DNA of 64,000 nucleotides from an uncultured delta proteobacterium (GTDB lineage Bacteria > Myxococcota_A > UBA9160 > SMWR01): contig CAWHTE010000011.1 in NCBI GenBank assembly GCA_963832165.1, positions 320,001 to 384,000 on the forward strand, given 5' to 3'. Position 1 is the stretch's first letter. Each line of letters begins with the position of its first letter. The translations under genes and the position numbers were made by a program. Positions 53,540-61,211 of this stretch are shown here, piece after piece. The notes under the pieces are model-generated. The model saw nothing but the letters and a program-made list of their open reading frames with translations, was not told the origin of the DNA and did not search any database.

Positions 53540-54183
53540 TGACCCGTATTCTGCTCGTGGACGATCATGAGTTGATGCGCGAGGGATTGCGCTCGATTCT
53601 CGAGGGCGAAGCCAACGTCGAGATCGTCGGCGAAGCCTCGAGCGGCCGCGAGGCCGTGGTGCTCTCGCGCACGCTCGAACCGGACGTGGTGGTCATGGAC
53701 GTGGGCATGAGCGATCTGAACGGAATCGATGCCACCCTGCAGATTCGACGCGAGTTCCCCGACGTCCAGGTGATTGCACTCTCGAGCCATTCGGACAGCC
53801 GCTATGTGAGTGCCATACTCGAGGCGGGCGCATGCGGCTACGTGCTCAAGGCGAACGCCTACGCCGACCTTCGCAAAGCGCTGCAAGCTGCCCGGCAGGG
53901 GAAGAACTACCTCTGCGCGGAGGTCACGAAGGGGGTGGTGGACGCCTCCCTCCACGGACCTCGGAACGGAGTCGACCCGTCCGTGCTCTCCCCGCGCGAG
54001 AGAGAGGTTCTGCAGCTGCTGGCCGAAGGCCAGAGCTCTCCGCGGATCGGGAAGCGCCTGTTCATCGCCACCAGCACGGTCGAGACCCACCGGCGCAGCA
54101 TCATGCGCAAACTCGAGATCCACAGCGTCGCGGATTTGACGAAGTGGGCGATTCGCGAAGGGCTGACTCAACTCGAAGCGTGA
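53536..54183 (+). CDS. NarL/FixJ-family response regulator (REC + LuxR-type HTH)
   Basis: LVDDH, VMDV, YVLK, LSPREREVL...TVETHRRSIMRKL. Confidence 0.93.
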   Translation: MMTRILLVDDHELMREGLRSILEGEANVEIVGEASSGREAVVLSRTLEPDVVVMDVGMSDLNGIDATLQIRREFPDVQVIALSSHSDSRYVSAILEAGACGYVLKANAYADLRKALQAARQGKNYLCAEVTKGVVDASLHGPRNGVDPSVLSPREREVLQLLAEGQSSPRIGKRLFIATSTVETHRRSIMRKLEIHSVADLTKWAIREGLTQLEA

Positions 54184-54226
54184 ACCCGGCCCGGTCGACG
54201 ACCGAATCCGCGCTTCCGCAGCGCGT

Positions 54227-54246
54227 TATCCGCAGATCCGGGGATA
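54227..54246. promoter_or_regulatory. Island 20-bp box upstream of orphan kinase 2
   Basis: TATCCG-CA-GATC-CG-GGGATA. Confidence 0.68.
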
Positions 54247-54305
54247 GCGACGGCGGGGACGGTGACGGACCCTGCTCCCTGTGGGAAGCCTGGACGGGGG
54301 GGGGC

Positions 54306-55091
54306 ATGACCGCTTTCGATGTCACGACGCAGATCGTCCCGGCGGACGGCTACATGGCGCTCAGCGCTCCCGCGCAGCGCGCGAATGCCGAGCTCCAGGC
54401 GTCGACGCGCTCCAAGGACGAGTTCCTGGCGATGCTCGGTCACGAGCTGCGCGGCTCGCTGTCGGCCGTCCGGAACGCAGTCGCCTGGGTCCGGCTCGAC
54501 AGCAGATCCGAGCGAGCCCTCGACATCGCGTGGCGGCAGACGGAGCGGCTCAATCGGCTGATCGAAGACCTCCTCGACGTCACGCAGATCGCGCAGGGTT
54601 GCTTCCGGCTGAACACGCAGCGTGTCGCTCTAATGGAGATCATCGCGCACGCGGTGGAGACGACGCGTTTCATCGTCGAGGATCGCGGTCACACGCTGAC
54701 GGTGTCGCTGCCGGCCGACAGCGTGCGCGTCGATGGCGATCCACTGCGCCTCGAGCAGATCGTCGTGAATTTGGTCAGCAACGCCGCGAAGTACACGGAG
54801 CCTGGCGGATGTATCGAGCTGATCGTGGAGCGCCACGACGCGGAGGCCGTGGTTCGGGTCCGGGACAGCGGGATCGGGATCTCGCCGGACATGCTGCCGA
54901 GGATCTTCGACCTCTTTGTCCAGGAGAAGCGCACGCTCGAGCACGCGCAGGCTGGGCTCGGCATCGGGCTCGCGGTGGTGCGAAGCCTCGTCGCGCTGCA
55001 CGACGGTCGGGTCGAGGCTCGCAGCGAGGGGCTCGGGAAGGGAGCGGAGTTCGTCGTGCATCTGCCCGCCGTCGCTGACAGTGGAATCTGA
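54306..55091 (+). CDS. Sensor-less histidine kinase, copy 2 (paralog of 28810-29661)
   Basis: FLAMLGHELRG, NAAKYT, RDSGIGI; long near-identical DNA stretches shared with copy 1. Confidence 0.85.
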   Translation: MTAFDVTTQIVPADGYMALSAPAQRANAELQASTRSKDEFLAMLGHELRGSLSAVRNAVAWVRLDSRSERALDIAWRQTERLNRLIEDLLDVTQIAQGCFRLNTQRVALMEIIAHAVETTRFIVEDRGHTLTVSLPADSVRVDGDPLRLEQIVVNLVSNAAKYTEPGGCIELIVERHDAEAVVRVRDSGIGISPDMLPRIFDLFVQEKRTLEHAQAGLGIGLAVVRSLVALHDGRVEARSEGLGKGAEFVVHLPAVADSGI

Positions 55092-55096
55092 AGTGG

Positions 55097-55185
55097 GGTC
55101 GCGAATCCTCGGCTTTGATCCGCGTTCTCCGTGGGATCGACGATGGGAGCGGGTCTCGCATCGCGGTAGGTTCGAATCGGGAACA
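55097..55185 (+). repeat. Copy of the noncoding leader element
   Basis: Aligns with 30304-30392, including GTAGGTTCGAATCGGGAACA. Confidence 0.75.
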
Positions 55186-55202
55186 GGTCCGAGGGACGAA
55201 GC

Positions 55203-55290
55203 ATGTTCGAAACGATCGCAATCGATCTGGCGGTCTTGTGGCTTTTGAGTCGTCTCCTCTTCCGCAATCGATATTCACGTTCTCGTCGTG
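55203..55290 (+). pseudogene. Degenerate lmo0937/DUF5670-like copy
   Basis: MFETIAIDLAVLWLL then loses frame; ATTCACGTTCTC is shared with the intact copies. Confidence 0.5.
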
Positions 55291-55363
55291 ATCTGCCCTC
55301 ATCGCGCTCAACGGATGTGACCCGCTGAAATCGGAGGGGGGTTCACAATCGAAAGGACACAGC

Positions 55364-55519
55364 ATGCTCGAAACCATCGCAATCATCCTGGTGGCCCTGT
55401 GGCTTCTGGGCTTCGTCTCGTCCTACACGATGGGAGGATTCATTCACGCCCTGCTCGTGCTTGCCGTCGTGGTGATCGCGGTCCGCGTGATTCAAGGACG
55501 ACGCATCACCCTCACGTGA
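55364..55519 (+). CDS. lmo0937/DUF5670-family small membrane protein (51 aa)
   Basis: [55 protein letters not shown]. Confidence 0.85.
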   Translation: MLETIAIILVALWLLGFVSSYTMGGFIHALLVLAVVVIAVRVIQGRRITLT

Positions 55520-55542
55520 CCCGGACGCGGACTCAATAATCG

Positions 55543-56325
55543 CTAGTCGGGCCGGCGACCCGAGGCGACCCAGCACTCGAAGGTCAGGAAGCCGCTGGCG
55601 GGGTCGCGCAGCGCTGCGGTGAGCGCGTCGAGATCGGCGGGCTCGAGCCAGCCGGTCGCGAGCAGGCGCTCGCGGAGCTGTTCGATGCTCTGTGCGATGA
55701 AGCCCGGGAAGCCATCGTCGGCTCCGAGCACGTACTCGCGGAACGCGCGCGCGCGAACGTCGACGAGGCCGAGCTCGCGAATCCGCTGCGGAAGGCACGG
55801 CGCCCAGGCGAGATCCCATCCGTTCTGCGCCGCAGCCGACAGGAACGCCATCGCGTAGCGGTCGAATCGCTCGCGTTCCTGGAACGCCACGGGCGGCGCG
55901 CCTCCCGAGTCGAACTCGATCAAGAGGCCCCTCGGCTTCAGCGCGCGCGCGAGCTTCTCGAGCACGCGCTCGCGCTCGGGCAGGTGCTGGAGCAGGAAGC
56001 GGGTGTGTACGAGATCGAACTCGCGTTCGGGGAGCGCCTCCTGCACGACGTCGGCGCGCCAGACCTCGAGGTTCGCTGCGCCGAGCTTTTCGATGAACCG
56101 CGTGTCGGCGTCGACCGCCACTACCGATCCGCGTGGCCCCACGCGATCGCAGAGCCACTGCGCCATCGATCCGCCACCCGCGCCTACGTCGAGACAGCGC
56201 CAGCCCGGCTGCACGCCGTGCTCCTCGAAGATGCGGATCGAGTGCGGGTCGAGCCACGCCTCGATCTTCGCGAGCCGCGCGCGCTCGCCCTCCCAGGACG
56301 CGTCGAAGGAGTAGCCCGACGGCAT
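55543..56325 (-). CDS. Class I SAM-dependent methyltransferase
   Basis: CLDVGAGGG, FDLVHTRFLL-HL, LKPRG. Confidence 0.88.
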   Translation of the reverse strand: MPSGYSFDASWEGERARLAKIEAWLDPHSIRIFEEHGVQPGWRCLDVGAGGGSMAQWLCDRVGPRGSVVAVDADTRFIEKLGAANLEVWRADVVQEALPEREFDLVHTRFLLQHLPERERVLEKLARALKPRGLLIEFDSGGAPPVAFQERERFDRYAMAFLSAAAQNGWDLAWAPCLPQRIRELGLVDVRARAFREYVLGADDGFPGFIAQSIEQLRERLLATGWLEPADLDALTAALRDPASGFLTFECWVASGRRPD

Positions 56326-56364
56326 GGTCGCCTCCGTGCAGAGATCCTACCCGGTGCCGCGCGG

Positions 56365-57237
56365 TCAGCGCACGAGCCCGGCGCGATAATCGGCATAGCG
56401 CGGCGCCCACGAGAGCGCCTCGCGCGCGCGCGCGTTGCGGACCCGGAACGACGGAAAGCCGGCCGCGCCACCCGGCTTCGGCTCGGGCGCGCGGCAGAGG
56501 CCCGCGACGTAGAAAAACACATCGCGCCAGCGCGCCGGGTGGTCGTCGGCGACGATCAGCGCGCTTTGCTTTGGCCAGCGCTCGATCGCCGCGCTCGTCG
56601 CCTCGGCCATGTCCGCGATGTGGACCAACGAGACGAAGTCGCTGCCGTCGCCGGGCAGGCGCAGCTTGCCCGCGACTGCGCGCGCAAACCAATCGTCGTC
56701 GAAGCCGGTGCCCGGCCCGTAGAAGAGCCCGCCGCGCAGGATCAGCCACTCGAGACCCGAGCGCTGCACCGCGTCCTCCATCGCGCGCGCGGCGGCGATC
56801 GCGCGCGACGCGATGCTGTCCTCGGTCGGCGCGTAGACGGTGTCCTCGTCCGACCACGCCTCCCCACCGGACGCGTTCACCATCGCGATGCTCTGCTGGA
56901 GGATCCGGGCGACCCCTGCGCTCCTGCAGGCCTCGACCCAGATCGGCGTTCCATCGCGCCGCAGCCGGTCGTTCGCGTCCCAGTCGCCTCGTCCGCTCGG
57001 GCCCGGAAGCGAGGTCGCGAGGTTCACGCCGACGTCGCAGCCCTTCAACGCGACGTGCAGCGACGCGCCGTCGAAGATGTCGGCGACGTGGATCTCGGCT
57101 CCGCAGGCCGCTGCGGCGGCCGCGGCATCCGGACGCCGCACGAGCGCGCGGACGCGGACCCCGCTCGTTGTGAGACGCGGGAGCAGATGGCGCCCGTAGA
57201 CGCCCGTCGCACCGAGAACCGCAACTGTCAGCGCCAT
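56365..57237 (-). CDS. NAD(P)-dependent epimerase/dehydratase
   Basis: GATGVYG, LRGGLFYG, VHIADMA. Confidence 0.85.
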   Translation of the reverse strand: MALTVAVLGATGVYGRHLLPRLTTSGVRVRALVRRPDAAAAAAACGAEIHVADIFDGASLHVALKGCDVGVNLATSLPGPSGRGDWDANDRLRRDGTPIWVEACRSAGVARILQQSIAMVNASGGEAWSDEDTVYAPTEDSIASRAIAAARAMEDAVQRSGLEWLILRGGLFYGPGTGFDDDWFARAVAGKLRLPGDGSDFVSLVHIADMAEATSAAIERWPKQSALIVADDHPARWRDVFFYVAGLCRAPEPKPGGAAGFPSFRVRNARAREALSWAPRYADYRAGLVR

Positions 57238-57275
57238 CGAACTCCTCGCTGCGCGTCGCTCAGCAGCCTGTTCGG

Positions 57276-57779
57276 CTAGTCGCGAACGAGATCGTTGCGC
57301 GCACCGATCACCACCGCCGCCCACTTCGCCGTCCCCGGACCGCGGTTGTGCCAGCGATGACGCGTCCCGTTCTGCACGACGATATCGCCCGGCCCGAGCA
57401 GGACCTCTTCGCCGTCGAGCTCGAGGCCGATCGTGCCCTCGAGCACGATGTCGAAGTCGATCGACGCCGTGCGGTGCATGCCGGGTTGCTCCGGATCGGC
57501 GTACTTCGCGAGCGCCGTAGTGACGAACTCGTCGAAATCGGTCGAGGCGCCGGGCGGGAGCTCGGTGACCGACGCGCGACACCCTCCCGGCGGCGGGAAC
57601 GGGCTCGTGATCTGCGGCTGCGCTCCGTCGTCGGGGAAACGCGCGACATCATCGCGACCCCAGACCAGATAGACGGCGCCGTCGTGGCTGCCGAACGGGA
57701 TTCGCGGTGCCTGCTCGTCGGCGGCAGCGACGCTGCGCCCCTCGCTGTCGTGACCCGTCACGAGTCGTCGTACCGGCAT
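57276..57779 (-). CDS. Cupin-domain protein
   Basis: RRLVTGHD, MHRTASIDF, QNGTRHRWHN. Confidence 0.85.
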   Translation of the reverse strand: MPVRRLVTGHDSEGRSVAAADEQAPRIPFGSHDGAVYLVWGRDDVARFPDDGAQPQITSPFPPPGGCRASVTELPPGASTDFDEFVTTALAKYADPEQPGMHRTASIDFDIVLEGTIGLELDGEEVLLGPGDIVVQNGTRHRWHNRGPGTAKWAAVVIGARNDLVRD

Positions 57780-57786
57780 CTCCCCC

Positions 57787-58689
57787 TCAAGGAATGGGTT
57801 TCACCTCGACCGTCACTTCGACCGTGTGCGAGCCGCCGCCGAGCGTGACGCCCTTCACGGGCGAGACGTCGTCGTAGTCGCGGCCCCACGCGAGCACGAT
57901 GTGGCGATCGCTCGGCACGAGGTCGTTGGTCGGGTCGACCTCGATCCAGCCGAGGTTGGGACACCAGACTGCGACCCACGCGTGCGAAGCCTCGGAGCCC
58001 ACGAGATCGCCCTCTGCGCGCGGCTTCTTTTCGGGTTTGGCCTTGCGGCGCGACCGGAGATAGCCGCTCACGTAACGCGCGGGCAGGCCGAGCGAGCGCA
58101 GACCGCCGATCATCACGTGCGCGTAGTCCTGACACACACCGTGTCGCTCGCGCAGCGCGTCCTCGACGGGCGTGTCGAGCGTAGTGGCTTCGGGGTCGTA
58201 GCGGAACTCCGCATGGATCCGGTGCGCAAAGTCGAGCACGGCCTCCGCGAGCGGGCGCTTCGGCGTGAACGAGGGCCGCGCGTAGGCCGCGAGAGCCTCG
58301 CTCGCGGCCACGAACGGCGAGTCGAGCACGAACTCGAACGCCTCGAGCGTTGCGGGCGTGCGCGGCAGCCGCACGGCTTCCGCAACCTCCTCCCACGGCG
58401 CCGAGCGCTTCGCCTCGAAGCGCGGCGTCGGCTCGAGCGCGACATCGCTCTCGGTGCGGATCGTGAGCTCGCGGTGCGCGGTCTGGAGGTTGAAGAACAC
58501 GACGTCGTTGCCGAAGTAGTCCTTGTGCCAGCGGACGCTGTCGGGCGCCGGATCGATCCGAAGCTGGATGTGGCTCGGCGTCTGCCGGGGGTCGAGCGCG
58601 CGCGGCAGCAGGTGTGCCTCGTTGTGCGAGCTGACCACGTCGCCGGCGTAGACGTATTTGGTCTCGTGGACCACGTGATAGGCGGTCAC
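57787..58689 (-). CDS. Bacterial transglutaminase-like protein
   Basis: GVCQDYAH, ARYVSGYL, SHAW, DPTN, GRDY-DVSP. Confidence 0.92.
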   Translation of the reverse strand: MTAYHVVHETKYVYAGDVVSSHNEAHLLPRALDPRQTPSHIQLRIDPAPDSVRWHKDYFGNDVVFFNLQTAHRELTIRTESDVALEPTPRFEAKRSAPWEEVAEAVRLPRTPATLEAFEFVLDSPFVAASEALAAYARPSFTPKRPLAEAVLDFAHRIHAEFRYDPEATTLDTPVEDALRERHGVCQDYAHVMIGGLRSLGLPARYVSGYLRSRRKAKPEKKPRAEGDLVGSEASHAWVAVWCPNLGWIEVDPTNDLVPSDRHIVLAWGRDYDDVSPVKGVTLGGGSHTVEVTVEVKPIP

Positions 58690-61211
58690 GCCGGACCTCC
58701 ACCCGTCGCTTTGCGCTGGCGCTGCGCCACCGCGTGAACGAGGTAGGCGTGATTGAGCACGTCGGCGAGCGCGGGAAGCGCAGCGACGCAGGTGGAGAGC
58801 AGCGCGTCGAGCCGCGTGCGGCGCCCGGGTGCGTCCGCGCTCGTCGAGACCTCCACGAGCGCGTCGAGCGGTACCGATCGCAGGTGATCGCGCAGATCGC
58901 TGAGGTCGCGGCGCGGCGCGCGCGGCAGCCCGCGGAAGCGGCTCTCGAGCTGCTCGAGCTGGAACGCGAGCGAGCGCGGATTCGCTTCGTCGAGGAGAAG
59001 GAGGTCGATCACGAGCGGGACCTCGAGCGCGGTCTGGTAGCGCGAGCGGTAGGTCATCGCGCTGTCGGCCACCTCGAGCACGTTGCCGAGCCGCCGCGGC
59101 TCGTCCTCCGCGAGCTCGACCAGGCCGTGGCGCAGCAGGGCCACGATCTGGATCCCGCGTTCGAGGCGCCGCCCGATGTCGAGGAACTGCCAGCCGAGGC
59201 CGCGCGTCATGCTCTCCATCGCGATGCCCGTGAACGCCGCGAGGCGCGCGATCGCACCATCGAGCTCGCCGATCGCCTCGGACACGCGAAGCGCCGGGTG
59301 GGTGTCGGGCTCGATGAAGTCCTGCTCGAGGCGCGCGAGCGTGCGCCACGCATCCGGGGAGATGCGGTCCCGCAACAGCCACGCGATCCGGTGCAGTGCG
59401 GCCACCGCGCCGCCGACGCTCTCGATTCGCCCGCGGTCGAACAGCGCCGCGAGCGCGCGTGTCTCGAGGCCCGCGTCGGCGCTCTCCTCGGGTCCGTCCT
59501 CGTCGGGCTCGAGCACGCCCGGCAGCATGCGCTCGAGCAGCACGAGTGCGTCGGGCAGCGGCGCATCGACCGCGCGCAGCGGCTCCTCGGCGAGCCGCCG
59601 CAGAGCGCAGCGGAACAGCCGCGCTCCCGCGTCGGCGCGCTCGCTCATGCGGCCGAGCCAGAACAGGTTGTCGGCGACGCGGCTCGTGAGTGCGAAGCTC
59701 GCGCGCGAGACGTCGCTCGGGCGCGTCACCCGGTCGATCAGCGACGTGTAGGGCACGGGCCCGTCGGCCAGCACCCAGGTGTCCTTGCTGCCGCCGCCGC
59801 GCTGACTCGACACGACGAGGCTGTCGGGTGACGGCGACACGCGCGTGAGGCCGCCCGGCATCAGCACGTAGCCGTCGCCGCTGCGCACGGCGTAGACGCG
59901 CAGCACGAGGTGGCGCGGAGTCGCTCCCTCGACGCCGCCGCCCGTGGGCACCGTCGACAGCGCCACGCGCTCCTGCGCCATGAAACCGTATGGATTCGCA
60001 CGAATCCGATCCGCCAAAGCGGTCCGCTCCTCGGCGGAGAGCTCCTCGCCGAACACCACCTCCGCGCGCGGCGACGGAAACGTCGGCTTGAGCACGAGCT
60101 CCTCGAGGTGCTCGATCACGTACTCGCGCTCGGCGGGCTGGCCGCACCACCAGGTGGCCACCGAGGGCATCAGCAGCTCCTCGCCGAGCAGCGCGCGGCA
60201 CAGGCTCGGCAGGAACGCCATCGTGGCCGCCGTCTCGACGAGCCCGCTGCCGAGCGCGTTCGCCACCGCGACGTTCCCGGCGCGCACCGCCTGCGTGAGC
60301 CCGGGCGTGCCGAGCGCGGACTCGCCGAACAGCTCGAGCGGATCGCAGAACGCGTCGTCCTGGCGCCGCAGGATCACGTGCACGGGCAGGAGCCCCGAGA
60401 GCGTCTTCAGATAGACGCGATCGTCGCGCACGGTGAGGTCGCCGCCCTCGACGAGCGTCACGCCCAGGTAGCGCGCGAGATAGGCGTGCTCGAAGTAGGT
60501 CTCGTTGTACGGCCCCGGCGTGAGCAGCACGATGCGCGGCGTGCCGCGCGTGGGCGCGAGCGCCATCAGCGTGTCGCGGAACGACTGGAAGAAGCCCGCG
60601 AGCCGTTGCACGTGGAAGTCGCGGAACGCCTCGGGCAGGATGCGCGACATCACGATCCGATTCTCGAGCGCATAGCCCGCGCCCGACGGAGCCTGCGCGC
60701 GGTCGGCGATCACCCACCACTGGCCGTTCGGCGAGCGCGCGAGGTCGGCCGCGAACGCGTGCAGGTGACACTGGCCCGGCACGCTCATGCCGTGACACGG
60801 CCGCAGGAAGCCCGGGTTGCCGTACACGAGCTCGGGCGGCAGCAGAGCCTCGTGCAGCAGGCGTTGCGGGCCGTAGAGATCGCCGAGCATCCGATCGAGC
60901 AGCAGCGCGCGCTGCGAGATCGCCTTCTCGATGCCCGCCCACTCCTCGGACGAGATCAGCAGCGGAATCGGATCGAGCTGCCACGGGCGGTCGATTCCGC
61001 GCGGGTCGCCGTACACGTTGTAGGTGACGCCGTTCTCCTCGATCAGCCGCTGTCCCTCGCGCCAGCGGCGGAACAGCTCTTCGGCGCCGAGCCGCTGCAG
61101 CGCCGCGACCAGCTCGCGCCAATGCGGGCGCAGCTCGCCGGAGGGCATCGTCATCTCGTCGAAGTGCCCCGAGACCGCGGCGTACTCGAGCTCGGCCGGC
61201 GCGGTGCTCAA
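58686..61211 (-). CDS. Circularly permuted type-2 ATP-grasp + alpha-E fusion
   Basis: [47 protein letters not shown]; alpha-[24 protein letters not shown]. Confidence 0.9.
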   Translation of the reverse strand: MSTAPAELEYAAVSGHFDEMTMPSGELRPHWRELVAALQRLGAEELFRRWREGQRLIEENGVTYNVYGDPRGIDRPWQLDPIPLLISSEEWAGIEKAISQRALLLDRMLGDLYGPQRLLHEALLPPELVYGNPGFLRPCHGMSVPGQCHLHAFAADLARSPNGQWWVIADRAQAPSGAGYALENRIVMSRILPEAFRDFHVQRLAGFFQSFRDTLMALAPTRGTPRIVLLTPGPYNETYFEHAYLARYLGVTLVEGGDLTVRDDRVYLKTLSGLLPVHVILRRQDDAFCDPLELFGESALGTPGLTQAVRAGNVAVANALGSGLVETAATMAFLPSLCRALLGEELLMPSVATWWCGQPAEREYVIEHLEELVLKPTFPSPRAEVVFGEELSAEERTALADRIRANPYGFMAQERVALSTVPTGGGVEGATPRHLVLRVYAVRSGDGYVLMPGGLTRVSPSPDSLVVSSQRGGGSKDTWVLADGPVPYTSLIDRVTRPSDVSRASFALTSRVADNLFWLGRMSERADAGARLFRCALRRLAEEPLRAVDAPLPDALVLLERMLPGVLEPDEDGPEESADAGLETRALAALFDRGRIESVGGAVAALHRIAWLLRDRISPDAWRTLARLEQDFIEPDTHPALRVSEAIGELDGAIARLAAFTGIAMESMTRGLGWQFLDIGRRLERGIQIVALLRHGLVELAEDEPRRLGNVLEVADSAMTYRSRYQTALEVPLVIDLLLLDEANPRSLAFQLEQLESRFRGLPRAPRRDLSDLRDHLRSVPLDALVEVSTSADAPGRRTRLDALLSTCVAALPALADVLNHAYLVHAVAQRQRKATGGGPA

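Noticed and set aside
52309..54183. 624-aa kinase-NarL fusion in the ORF track
   Set aside because: The kinase G2 box continues in another frame and stops at 53539; the regulator starts at 53536
22090..54246. The palindromic boxes as CRISPR repeats, REP elements, integron attC sites or IS ends
   Set aside because: Irregular kb-scale spacing, degenerate sequence, location 5' of genes with fixed -10 spacing, and no cas, integrase or transposase gene
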